Source: Candidatus Latescibacterota bacterium (GTDB taxonomy: Bacteria > Latescibacterota > UBA2968 > UBA8231). Taken from it: a stretch of 64,000 bases of DNA. Where the stretch lies: assembly GCA_965248265.1 (NCBI GenBank), contig CBDFJF010000002.1, positions 2,513,214 to 2,577,213 on the forward strand. Reading direction: 5' to 3'. Shown piece after piece: positions 27,642-36,810 of this stretch. The notes beneath the pieces were generated by a model that had not been told where the DNA came from, searched no databases, and worked only from the letters and a program-made list of their open reading frames with translations. Position 1 is the stretch's first letter, and each line of letters starts with the position of its first letter. The position numbers and the translations under genes were made by a program.

Positions 27642-29210
27642 CTACTCTCCGTAGGCTATCCAGAATTCGACGTTCTCAATGCCCAGCGGCGGACGGATTC
27701 GGGCGTCGCGCTTGACGAGAACGACCTTGACTTCGTGGCCGCCCGGTGAAATCTGTGCCGCTTCAAGGTCCCACACCAGCCAGCTGTTCTCGTCGACGTC
27801 GGCCGGGTTGTTGGGATTCTCCGCGGTCTGATTGCGGATCGCGGGGGGACCCAGCGGCGTGCCATCCAGGGTCACCGCTACTTCGTCTCCGGTGGGCGAG
27901 AAGTGTGCCATTTCGAGCAATAACTGCAGGCTGCTGGCTTTCCCCGGATCCGCGTCGTGGGTGGAAATGTGGAAGGTCGGGCCGTCAGCAGTCAACGTCC
28001 GATGGAGGTCGACGGGGACCTCACCATAGATGCGATCATCCCGTTCGGAGTCCAGGCGCAGCGGGTTGGTGCCGATGCTTCGGTAAATGGCGGTATAGGC
28101 CTTGTCTTGATCCTTCAGCGTTTCAGTTGACCCAATCGTCGAAAGAGAATGACGCCGAGTCGTAGCATTTGCATGCCAGTTGAAGATGTAGATGCCGTGG
28201 GCGCCACGATCGAAGTGGCCCTGCGCCATGCCGGCGAACCAGCGATCGCGCCACCGAGTATGTGGGATCAGTCGATTGGCCAGCTGTCGTGAGTCGAAGT
28301 CCAGACCGGGATACACCTGGATGTCGGTGCCTTCTACAAGGCGGAGAAATTCCTCGGTCTCGAAACAGGGGTCCGTTCCGGAATTGCCGCCACCAATGAT
28401 GATGTCGCACAAGCCCTCTTTGACCCAGGTCTCTAGGTCGTAGCCGATACGACGGCATGATTCCAGGGTCGCAGCCACCCGTACGGCGACGGGGAAGGGG
28501 CGGCCGCGTTCTTCGGCCAGTCGATTGGTCATCTGGCGCACGGCCCGCTGCAGATCGGTGAGGGCGTAACGCAGCCGGTACTCGTGGTTGCCGGGCAGGT
28601 GAAAGGCATGACGTTGCCAGTCGAGTTCGACGCCGTCCCAGTCCGTCAGGCGACAGGCCTGCTCGATGAGGTCCAGCTTGTGTTCGCGAACCTCCGGAAT
28701 GGCCATGTTCCATGAGGTCGCGCACCACCCCGGTGCCTGGTCGCCGAGGCACCATTCGGGGTGCTGTTTGCGCAGATCCGTCATCTCATGTTCGTCGGAC
28801 TTCTGCATGGCTTCCAGATCCTGGATGGTCCAGAAGTGCTGGTCGTTCATGCGGATGGATGGCCACGCATCGATGCCGAGCTCGCGTCCGCGCGCTACCA
28901 TCGCGCCGTATAGATCCTCGCCGCGTTCCAGCAAGGCGCGGATGTTCTCCGTATCCCGCATGGCCAGGACACTGTCGTAGATCCTGCCGACTGAATCGCC
29001 CTTTACCGGTAGATTCCCTGACAACCACGTTGCTTCGTGGATGCCCATGCACCAGAACAGGGCGTCTACCTGGGTGTCGGCGAGGGGGGCGTAGACCTTT
29101 TCCAGGAACTGCTCTACGGTCTGGGGGTATTCGTCGTAGTGGTGAGGGGCACCATCCCAGTTATAGATGATTCGGTATGGGGATTGAGCCATGGTGGTCA
29201 CTCCTCGCAC
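27642..29210 (-). CDS. TIM-barrel glycoside-hydrolase-like protein (GHL10/DUF187-like), family B paralog
   Basis: 522 aa. YRIIYNWDGAPHHY…QVDALFWCMG, GIDAWPSIRMNDQHFW, HPEWCLGD…WNMAIPEVREHKLDLIEQACRLTDWDGVELDWQRH, then a C-terminal beta-sandwich. Closest to 59042-60601. Confidence 0.6.
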   Translation of the reverse strand: MRGVTTMAQSPYRIIYNWDGAPHHYDEYPQTVEQFLEKVYAPLADTQVDALFWCMGIHEATWLSGNLPVKGDSVGRIYDSVLAMRDTENIRALLERGEDLYGAMVARGRELGIDAWPSIRMNDQHFWTIQDLEAMQKSDEHEMTDLRKQHPEWCLGDQAPGWCATSWNMAIPEVREHKLDLIEQACRLTDWDGVELDWQRHAFHLPGNHEYRLRYALTDLQRAVRQMTNRLAEERGRPFPVAVRVAATLESCRRIGYDLETWVKEGLCDIIIGGGNSGTDPCFETEEFLRLVEGTDIQVYPGLDFDSRQLANRLIPHTRWRDRWFAGMAQGHFDRGAHGIYIFNWHANATTRRHSLSTIGSTETLKDQDKAYTAIYRSIGTNPLRLDSERDDRIYGEVPVDLHRTLTADGPTFHISTHDADPGKASSLQLLLEMAHFSPTGDEVAVTLDGTPLGPPAIRNQTAENPNNPADVDENSWLVWDLEAAQISPGGHEVKVVLVKRDARIRPPLGIENVEFWIAYGE

Positions 29211-29255
29211 AAGGCTGAATGCAGCGTCGATAATGGCATTACCGACAAATTAAGG

Positions 29256-30059
29256 TCAGCTGCCAGTCGATGTATAGTGTCTGACGCCGAAAAGCCACAC
29301 GCGCAAGGAGATCAAGAGAAAGAGGAAACCGACCAGAGGAGACAACCAGGAGAAGAAGTACACCGGATCACTCGTGGTTACCCGACCAAGCACGGCCAGC
29401 ATCGGGTAGTAGTTTACGCACGCCAGCGGGATCACGTAGGTGAACAGTTTTCGGAACCAGTCTTGATAGATCTCGAGGGGATATCGAATGGTTTCCACGC
29501 CTCCGTAGACGGCGGCATTCGCGATTTCAAGCCCTTCGGTCGTCCAGAAAGCCAGCGTCGCCTGAAAAACAACGATCGCGTAGAACGTTGCCGCGCCTCC
29601 GATGATACTGGAAACGACAAGCATGGATCGCTGCATGGTCCAGTCGATATCGAGAACCCAGACCGCCCATGCAAGCACCAGGAATGCTTGAGAAAAACGA
29701 CCGATTCTCCGCAACGTCAATTCCTGGCCGGCGAGTTGCAGAGCTGTGCTTCTCGGTCTGAGCAGCAGGCGGTCGAACTCACCAGCTTTCACGGTTTGGC
29801 CAAAGCGATCAAACCCCGCGGTAAAAGCATCGGCAATCGCAAAGGAGAGAGCCGCCGTTCCGTAGAAAAGAGCGACTTCCTGGAAGGACCAACCCTGTAC
29901 CGCCTTGAATCGATCGAACAGTACCCAAACAGAGATGAACTCAATCCCAGTCGTTACGAAGTCGCCGATCGTCAACATCACGAATGAGGCGCGATACTGC
30001 ATTTGCGCTCGTAGTGAAATCGCTATCAGTCTGGTATAGATCCGGATTGCGTCAGCCAT
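29256..30059 (-). CDS. ABC-2 type transporter permease (ABC2_membrane_6/DUF990-like)
   Basis: 267 aa with six predicted hydrophobic helices. The N-terminal YTRLIAISLRAQMQYRASF motif is shared with the neighbouring permease (FQTQLQYRVAAI). Confidence 0.75.
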   Translation of the reverse strand: MADAIRIYTRLIAISLRAQMQYRASFVMLTIGDFVTTGIEFISVWVLFDRFKAVQGWSFQEVALFYGTAALSFAIADAFTAGFDRFGQTVKAGEFDRLLLRPRSTALQLAGQELTLRRIGRFSQAFLVLAWAVWVLDIDWTMQRSMLVVSSIIGGAATFYAIVVFQATLAFWTTEGLEIANAAVYGGVETIRYPLEIYQDWFRKLFTYVIPLACVNYYPMLAVLGRVTTSDPVYFFSWLSPLVGFLFLLISLRVWLFGVRHYTSTGS

Positions 30060-30062
30060 CGC

Positions 30063-30854
30063 TCACCCTCCCTGCACGACGAGGTTGCGGCGACCTCGGA
30101 TGAAGAGGGCTCGACTCAACAGCATGAGGGCTACCGTCCACGCGACTTGATGCCCCAAGTATGGCAGTAATTCAGCCGCTGGTATGTGTCCCAGGTAGAA
30201 TCGAAACGGGATGTCGATGAGCCCGCGGAAGGGGAGGAAGTTGAGCACAGGCTGCATCCACTGCGGGTACAGTGGAAGGGGAACCGCCATACCAGACAGC
30301 GCATAGGCGATGGCAGGCATCATGCGCGAAATCCCCTCGCCGGAAATCGTCCAGAGCAGGCTGACGGTCATTACGGTGGCGAGGGCGCTGCTCAGGAGCA
30401 ACGCTCCAATCATCGCTGCGATCCAGGCTGAGAAAGCGGCCAGACTTGGAGGTGCTACCATATCCACGACGGTGAAAGCCAGGACAAGGATGGGGCTGGC
30501 TCTGAGGGCAACTGTGCCGACTCGTTGCGCCATCACCCTTGCGAACCAGTAGAAAGGGATGTCAACTGGCCTGAGCATTTCGTAGGCGACTGTACCCGTC
30601 CGGATTTGCTGGCGAACGTCGGGATCGGCTCCCCAGCCGATTATGCCGAGAAAGGCCTGGCCCAACCAGACGTAAGCGATCACATCGGTCAGGGTCATTG
30701 GCATGTCCGCCGTGGTTGACCGGTAGAATGCCTCGAACAGCATCATTCGGATCAATCCCCAGAAACATTGCGTCCCAACGCCGGAGATCGCGGCGACCCG
30801 GTACTGGAGCTGAGTCTGGAATCGAGCCAGGAAAACGCTGTAGTAGGCTCTCAC
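30063..30854 (-). CDS. ABC-2 type transporter permease (second subunit)
   Basis: 263 aa, polytopic, paralogous N-terminal motif. 4-nt overlap with the ATPase gene. Confidence 0.75.
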   Translation of the reverse strand: MRAYYSVFLARFQTQLQYRVAAISGVGTQCFWGLIRMMLFEAFYRSTTADMPMTLTDVIAYVWLGQAFLGIIGWGADPDVRQQIRTGTVAYEMLRPVDIPFYWFARVMAQRVGTVALRASPILVLAFTVVDMVAPPSLAAFSAWIAAMIGALLLSSALATVMTVSLLWTISGEGISRMMPAIAYALSGMAVPLPLYPQWMQPVLNFLPFRGLIDIPFRFYLGHIPAAELLPYLGHQVAWTVALMLLSRALFIRGRRNLVVQGG

Positions 30855-31834
30855 TCTTCTTCCTTCCCATACATCCGGGCGATGATCTCCTCGATCGGCG
30901 GATTCTCGACGAACAGATCTCGAACCGCGTGTCTTGCGGTGATCCGGCCGATCAAGTCTGCAGCAGACGTTTTTTCAGGCTGGAATCGAATCTCAACACG
31001 ATGCCCGTCTTGTCGGATGATCTCAGCGCTTTCGTCCAACACAGATTCGCTCTCATTTTCCAGGTCAACGATGAGCCGCCGCTCGCTGCTGACCTGGTTG
31101 CGAAGTTCCTCGATCGTCCCATCGGACAGAATTTTCCCCTCACCGATGACCAGAATCCGTGAGCAAAGCGCCTCGATGTCATCCATGTTATGCGTCGTCA
31201 GGATGACAGTAATGCCCTGCTTTTTGTTCAACTCCATAACAAAGTCGCGGACAGCCAGCTTAGATACGGCGTCCAGTCCGATCGTCGGTTCATCCAGGAA
31301 GAGCAACTCTGGCCGATGAAGTAACGAAGCTGCAAGATCGCAACGCATACGTTGACCAAGGCTCAACTGTCGGACCGGAACGTCGAGAAAACTGGACAGC
31401 TTGAGGCGGTCTACCAGCTCGTCTCGTGACTCGGCGTACCTGTCCGGAGGTATTCGATAAATGTCTCTGAGCAAATCGAATGACTCGATGGCAGGCAGAT
31501 CCCACCACAGCTGCGTTCGTTGTCCGAAAACCACACCAATCTCGTTCACGTGCCGAGTGCGCTGCTTCCAGGGCACGATCCCACCGATCTCGCAGACTCC
31601 GGAGTCCGGTACCAGGATGCCGGAGATCACCTTTACTGTGGTGGACTTCCCGGCACCGTTCGGGCCAATGTATCCAACCAGTTCACCCGGCTCGATCGAA
31701 AAACTGATACCGTGAAGAGCTGTCACCGTTCTGTGCTTGCGATGAACGACCCCCTTGACTGCTCCCCAAAAACCAGGGCTCCGCTCAGCTACCCGGAACG
31801 TCTTGACTATATTTTCTACATGGATTCCTGGCAT
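30851..31834 (-). CDS. ABC transporter ATP-binding protein
   Basis: 327 aa. Walker A GPNGAGKST, signature LSLGQRMR and Walker B LLFLDEPT. Confidence 0.9.
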   Translation of the reverse strand: MPGIHVENIVKTFRVAERSPGFWGAVKGVVHRKHRTVTALHGISFSIEPGELVGYIGPNGAGKSTTVKVISGILVPDSGVCEIGGIVPWKQRTRHVNEIGVVFGQRTQLWWDLPAIESFDLLRDIYRIPPDRYAESRDELVDRLKLSSFLDVPVRQLSLGQRMRCDLAASLLHRPELLFLDEPTIGLDAVSKLAVRDFVMELNKKQGITVILTTHNMDDIEALCSRILVIGEGKILSDGTIEELRNQVSSERRLIVDLENESESVLDESAEIIRQDGHRVEIRFQPEKTSAADLIGRITARHAVRDLFVENPPIEEIIARMYGKEEE

Positions 31835-32094
31835 GTGTTTCGTGGCGATCCTGACCCATTGGGCATTCTGACTCTCTCGAGGGGAATCGAATAGTAAGGA
31901 AACTCGAGTTCAACGGCATTCAGCCAGTTTCTCGCAGGCGTAACGCGGCGACGGGGAAGGGTTGCTGGACGACTTTGGAGCGTCCCGGGCGCTCGGCGCG
32001 TCGCTCGGACAGAATCGAATGTTGATCGGGAGCGCGGCAATGCTTCTCTTTCGTTTGTACAAAAATCTCACCAATCAACCAGCGAGCTCCTTCG

Positions 32095-32850
32095 ATGAGC
32101 GATGCCACTCCTCCCTCGCGCCACCTGCAGATCGCGGACACCTACAACATTCGCGATATCGGCGGTTACGCCACGGCCGACGGCCGGAACACCCAATGGC
32201 GCACCTACCTGCGGGCCGACAGCCTCCACAAGCTCTCACCGGAAGCGCAGCGAGAACTCCTCGATACCGGACTGAAGACGATCATCGACCTGAGGCGGGA
32301 ACGGGAGACCGCCAACACGCCAAATGTCTTCGCTTCCTCCGCCGAGATTGACTACCGACACATGAACCTGATCACCGATACGGATCCCGAAGGCTACGGC
32401 GAGCCCGGGGAGGGGCCGGCGTGGATAGCCGGCTCCTACAAGCTGTTGCTCGACAATAGAAAGCCGGAGATCGCCGCCATCATGGCCACGCTGGCAGACC
32501 CGGCCGTGCCTCCGGCTCTCTTCCACTGTGCCGGCGGTGCCGACCGGACCGGAATTATCGCTGCACTTCTATTGAGCCTGGCCGGAGTTCCAGATGAAAC
32601 GATTGCCGAGGATTACAACCTGACCGCGCCAACTCTATTCAAGCGCTATTCGACCGAGGGCCCGCCGCCGGGATGGTCGACGGACGATTTGAGGCGGGCG
32701 CAGAGCATGGACTATTTGGCCCCGGCTGAAACCATGATGATTACGCTGCGATACCTGGAAGACACGTACGGGGGAGTCGAGGCCTACGTGCGCGAGATCG
32801 GTCTGACGATGGAGCAGATCGAGTCCATTCGAGCATCATTCGTGGAGTGA
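32095..32850 (+). CDS. Protein-tyrosine phosphatase (Y_phosphatase3-like, CX5R)
   Basis: 251 aa. Active-site loop FHCAGGADRTG (HCX5R) and the N-terminal NIRDIGGY motif typical of this family. Confidence 0.8.
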   Translation: MSDATPPSRHLQIADTYNIRDIGGYATADGRNTQWRTYLRADSLHKLSPEAQRELLDTGLKTIIDLRRERETANTPNVFASSAEIDYRHMNLITDTDPEGYGEPGEGPAWIAGSYKLLLDNRKPEIAAIMATLADPAVPPALFHCAGGADRTGIIAALLLSLAGVPDETIAEDYNLTAPTLFKRYSTEGPPPGWSTDDLRRAQSMDYLAPAETMMITLRYLEDTYGGVEAYVREIGLTMEQIESIRASFVE

Positions 32851-32915
32851 TTCGATCACGTCGAGCCTGCGGCCGGCAACCAGTTTCATCCTTCGTGACA
32901 AGACAAGGTGGCATC

Positions 32916-34569
32916 GTGAACGAAGTCGAGACATCCAGAGTTGAACTGCAGGAGCAGCTGGCGGAGTTGCGTCTAAGCCACGACATGCTGTCGCGGTTGC
33001 TTCAGACCAGCCCGGAAAACATCATTCTGACTCGCTTGAGCGATGGCAAGATACTGGAGGTCAACGACGGCTTCTGTCGCAATTCCGGCCTATCTCGCAG
33101 CGATGCCATCGGAAAAACCACAGCCGAGTTGGATATCTGGGTCCATCAGGAAGACCGGGATCGGTTCGTCAGGATTCTCGAAGACAAAGGGGAGTGCCGC
33201 AACTTCGCTGCTTTGATCAGGTCGAACGGACGCATACTTCACAGTCTCATATCGGACCACATTGTCGAAGTTGACGGAGAGCAATGCCTGGTCGCGAATT
33301 CCCGAGACATCAGCGATCTGAAGGAGGCGGAAGAGGCGCTTAGGCGGCGGGCGGCGGAGCTGGCTGCGGCCAATCACAAGCTGGCCGCGCGCGAACGAGA
33401 GCTGGAAATTCACAACCAGCGTCTGCAGCAGGAAGTTGCGGAGCGCGAGCGGCTCGAGTCCGAAACCGTGCGCCTGGAACGCCTATCCGCGCTCGGCCAA
33501 ATGGCACAGGGCGTTGCGCACAATTTCAACAATCTTCTCGCCATCGTTCTGGGTCATGCCGAGATGCTTCAATCTCAGCTCACCGACGCGGCTCTGCGCC
33601 AGGAAGTCCAACTTCTGATAGATGGCGTAATGCGCGCAGCGGAATTGGTTCGACGCCTCAACCAGGCTGTGCGGACCGAGCAGGATGAAATGCAACCGGT
33701 CTCAGTCGAGACCGTCGTTCGCGATGCCCTGGAAGTTTCCCGGCCTCAGTGGAAGGATGAACCGGAGTCCAAGGGAATCCCCATCGACATTGTCACCGAT
33801 CTTGTTGAAACCCCACCTATCCGGGCAACCGAGTCCGGGCTGCACCAGATCTTTATCAACCTGCTCTTCAACGCCCTGGAGGCCCTGCCCAAGGGGGGAA
33901 CCATCCGGATTGCATCGAAGCTGGCACCAGACCGTGTGGAGGTGACGTTCAGCGATGACGGCATCGGCATGAGCGAGGAATCGCGCCCAAAGAGCGTTCG
34001 AGCCCTTTTTCACCACGAAGATGACCGTCGGCTCGGGCCTGGGTTTGTCCAACGTCCACGGCACGGTCGTCGGCTGGGGGGGCGAATGTGAGGTGGACAG
34101 CGCAATCGGCCTCGGCACGACCATAAGATTGCGGTTCTGCATCTCCGATCAGGAGCCGGATTCCCCGGTTGAGGTTGGTGATCCCGTTCCGGTCGGGCGC
34201 AGGGGAGCGATCATCGTGGTCGAGGACGAGGAGAGCATCTGTACCTTCCTGGTCAGCACTCTCTCTCGCCAGCACCAAGTCGACGCGTTCCAAAACGGCA
34301 CCGAAGCGTTGGATCAGTTCTCCGCGGGAAAGTACGATGTGGCGCTCATCGACCTGGGAATGCCCGGGCTGCCTGGCGATCAGTTGGCATTGAGGTTACG
34401 GGAAACCGATCCCGCCATCATCACCGTTCTGGTTACGGGTTGGGCTCTCGAAGAAGACGACCCTCGCTTGTCCCACTTCGACTTTCGGCTTACCAAACCC
34501 GCACGGTCCGTGGCCATCCGGCACACCGTTACCCGCGCGATTGATCTCTACGACACCCGACGGTCCTGA
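32916..34569 (+). pseudogene. Hybrid PAS sensor histidine kinase-response regulator interrupted by a +1 frameshift near 33986-33993 (authentic pseudogene or sequencing/assembly error)
   Basis: Track ORF 32847-34091 carries PAS, coiled coil, H-box (MAQGVAHNFNNLL), N-box and DDGIGMSEES, then degenerates. The expected continuation RAFEPFFTTKMTVGSGLGLSNVHG…GLGTT plus a REC domain (IIVVEDEE…ALIDLGMPG…KP) lies in the +1 frame (track ORF 34021-34569). The switch point is at the CCCAAAG run. Likely start is GTG 32916 after an AAGGTGG SD. Confidence 0.75.
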
Positions 34570-34753
34570 CGGCTGGACGTACGGTCATGATTCATCCGGT
34601 TCGGCAAAGGCGTCGGCAAAGAGATGGGTCTTTCGGTTGAGATTGCCGTAGCAGCCGCGGACTTCCTCATCCGGAAGTGACTGAGGACCGGTCCTGAGCG
34701 GAGCCCGTAGCAGGTCTGCACGGTCTTGCGCTCACGCGTCGAGGGTCACCCAC

Positions 34754-36373
34754 TCAAAGTCGCTTGGTCAACTCCCGGACCTCATCCGGCTTCAGCGCTC
34801 GACGATACATCCTGACATCGCAAATCTTTCCGTGGAAGTAATCGTGCGAGCCAAACCCGATGGTGATCGGCTGATCGTTCGAAAGGTCGAAGTCTGACGG
34901 ATCGAAACTCGAAGATCTGGCGACTTGCTGACCTTCGACATAAAGCTCCAGCGCGCTCCCGTTTCTGATGGCTGCGATGTGTTTCCAACCGGATGCGAGC
35001 TCGTAATCGTGCGTCACGCTGCGACCTGGTTCCAGGGACATCACCCGACCTGCCGGCAAGGTTCCGAAGAACAGTTTTCCATCGAAAACCGAGGTCGACC
35101 AGGCGCGGCGATACTTCACGTCCGGCGTGGTATCGAGTTGGCCTGTGCAAGTCCAGTTGTCGTCTCCGTCGTATCGATAAACCTGCGCGAGCGGCAGCGT
35201 GCCTGCGTAGAGCTTGCCGTTGTGAATCGACATGCCCATGACCTCAAGCTCGTCGCCGAGACGGCCTGTGTTCGTCCACTCTCCATTCTCTTCCAGACGA
35301 AACACGCATCCTTCCGGCCACGTGCCCACGTGTAACTTGCCACGGTACACCGCCATCGAGTAATTCTGCGTCGCTCCGGGGAGGTCCCCTAATCGACTCC
35401 AGCGCGTCCAGTCTTCGCCGCTCTCAAATCGATAGATGCCGCTGCCGTTTTCAACCGTGTTGAGGTTGCCGCGGTAGACGCCGATCGCGAACGCACGCCG
35501 ACCATGGCTGCCGCAGTCGTTCCAGCCATGGTCTCCGTCGTACCGGTAAAGCCCTTTCGTGTAGAGTGGAATGGCGTAGAGATCTCCCTGGAAGACCTCC
35601 AGGCTGTGAACAGTGTCGTGTTCGTACTCAGGGAAGTCGCGCTCCCCGCCCTGAAGCTCTCCACAGTCCACCCAACCGCTATCCTCCAATCGAAAGATGC
35701 GACCGCCGATTTCCCTGTTCGGCGAGTAGGACAATGCAGAGCCTGGGCCTTTCAGCCGTCCGGTCCCGGCATAGAGCTTGCCCTGGTAGGTGGCCAGTGA
35801 CATTACCGCGTTCGACGCATCCAGCGGCCCGCACTCCTCCCACTCACCGTTACCGGCATAGCGATGTACGTGTCCGGTTTCGCCTTCGCCGTCTTCGTAA
35901 GACCCGACATAGAGTGATCCATCGTGAACAGCCATCGACATGACAAACCTCGCGTTGCCTGGCTGGCCACAGTCCGTCCACTCAGGGATCGACGTGCCAT
36001 CGTCGATGCCAAACTGCACATTGCGATAGTTCGAGAGGCTGCTGGCCGCAGCCGAGTGCCTTTTCACATTGAGATTGAATCCGCGCCGATCGTCGGCATC
36101 GAAATTGCCCACGATGTCCCCTATCGGATCGTCCACGTGCTCTGTGTGAATGATCGCGCTGATGGTGAAATCACTTTCGCCGAGTTGAAGTGATTCACTT
36201 TTGGCAATCGATAGGAAAGACGAACGACCATCGAAAACTGCCGCCGTACCAACCTGTCCATCGGGCCCCGTGGCTGACAAATCCACGCCCCGATTCTCCG
36301 CATGGTTTTTATTCCCGGAGTGATCGTTGACGTCACCGGCGAGTTTCCAGTGTCCAACAAGTGTCGGTTCCAT
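34754..36373 (-). CDS. LamG/concanavalin-like lectin domain interrupted by a seven-bladed beta-propeller insertion
   Basis: Start placed at ATG 36373 (MEPTLVGHWKL…) with a GAGG SD. The N-terminal half-LamG reads HWKLAGDVNDHSGN…AVFDGRSSFLSI…SDFTISAIIH. Seven repeats of type G(K/S/D/N)L(Y/H)(A/V)GT…(Y/F)R(Y/L/F)…G.W..(C/T)G follow. The C-terminal half-LamG reads WKHIAAIRNGSALELYVEGQQVA…ITIGFG…FHGKICDVRMYRRALKPDEV. Confidence 0.7.
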   Translation of the reverse strand: MEPTLVGHWKLAGDVNDHSGNKNHAENRGVDLSATGPDGQVGTAAVFDGRSSFLSIAKSESLQLGESDFTISAIIHTEHVDDPIGDIVGNFDADDRRGFNLNVKRHSAAASSLSNYRNVQFGIDDGTSIPEWTDCGQPGNARFVMSMAVHDGSLYVGSYEDGEGETGHVHRYAGNGEWEECGPLDASNAVMSLATYQGKLYAGTGRLKGPGSALSYSPNREIGGRIFRLEDSGWVDCGELQGGERDFPEYEHDTVHSLEVFQGDLYAIPLYTKGLYRYDGDHGWNDCGSHGRRAFAIGVYRGNLNTVENGSGIYRFESGEDWTRWSRLGDLPGATQNYSMAVYRGKLHVGTWPEGCVFRLEENGEWTNTGRLGDELEVMGMSIHNGKLYAGTLPLAQVYRYDGDDNWTCTGQLDTTPDVKYRRAWSTSVFDGKLFFGTLPAGRVMSLEPGRSVTHDYELASGWKHIAAIRNGSALELYVEGQQVARSSSFDPSDFDLSNDQPITIGFGSHDYFHGKICDVRMYRRALKPDEVRELTKRL

Positions 36374-36381
36374 AATTGCCT

Positions 36382-36453
36382 CATTCAAAAGTTTCGGTCG
36401 GAATCGGATGGCTGTCATCAAACACAGCCATCGGTGCTGCATCCTCGACGGAT
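36382..36453. repeat. Non-coding module A, copy 1 (hairpin GATGGCTGT-N8-ACAGCCATC at 36407-36432)
   Basis: 69/72 nt identical by my count to 53686-53757, same orientation. Abuts the SD/ATG of the LamG-propeller gene. Confidence 0.85.
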
Positions 36454-36520
36454 GAGAACGATAAGGGGCCATTATACATAGTCAAGATTGCTTGGGGCTT
36501 TTGTGAAGGGGCCGGATGCG
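36454..36520. repeat. Non-coding module B, copy 1
   Basis: Matches 53029-53126 apart from a 24-nt indel and a few substitutions: GAACGATA(A)GGGG(A)CCATTATACATAGT(C/T)AA(G/C)ATTGCTTGGGGCTT…TTGTGA(A)GGGGCCGGATGCG. The minus strand shows TATAAT. Confidence 0.8.
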
Positions 36521-36782
36521 TGTTTCATGGAGCTTTCCGGGCATGGCAAACTTGGATTCAGGAATGAGATAGTTTGGGCGGTTTTGCAGACCTCACGAAC
36601 GAATCAGGCCGCGAATGCTGCAAGCAGCTGACGCTGGAAGTGGTAAGGGTTCGAACTCGGACTGCGGGGCAAACCGACGCCCTCAAGGTAGAACTGGTGG
36701 GAGGTTTGAACAGCCACAAGCTCTGAGTTCAGCCGCCCAGTGGTGCTTGCCCGGGCCAGGTCGCCAATCGCGGCTGGATCAC

Positions 36783-36804
36783 CCCGCCGCTGAGCGGCGG
36801 CGGG
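36783..36804 (-). terminator. GC-rich hairpin CCCGCCGC-N6-GCGGCGGG 6 nt after the susD-like stop
   Basis: Perfect 8-bp G/C stem directly downstream of the stop at 36811-36813. No U-tract follows, so it is not a canonical intrinsic terminator. Confidence 0.35.
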
Positions 36805-36810
36805 TCAGAA

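Noticed and set aside
34570-34753. Short reading frame LPDEEVRGCYGNLNRKTHLFADAFAEPDES* and the AGGACCGGTCCT palindrome between convergent genes.
   Set aside because: It is too short and unrecognisable to call a gene remnant. The palindrome has no loop or U-tract, so it is not a convincing terminator.
36382-36453. Reading repeat module A as an integron attC site or an intrinsic terminator.
   Set aside because: No RYYYAAC / GTTRRRY core sites are present. No U-tract follows the hairpin on either strand.
36465-36495. Reading repeat module B as a dif/Xer site (contains TGTATA / TATACA like the dif spacer) or as a sigma-70 promoter TTGACT…TATAAT.
   Set aside because: The flanking arms do not form the inverted XerC/XerD half-sites, with only about 12/28 matches to E. 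coli dif in the best register. TTGACT and TATAAT are only 3 nt apart, and no -35 exists at 16-18 nt spacing. TATAAT alone is kept as a possible -10.
36570-36590. Sigma-54-like string TGGGCGG-TT-TTGCA downstream of module B1.
   Set aside because: The GG-to-GC spacing is 2-3 nt too short for a -24/-12 promoter, and no downstream plus-strand gene exists.
36640-36665. tRNA-like T-loop string GGGTTCGAACTCGG in the spacer downstream of susD.
   Set aside because: No flanking 5-bp T-stem, acceptor stem or anticodon arm can be drawn. It is an isolated chance match.
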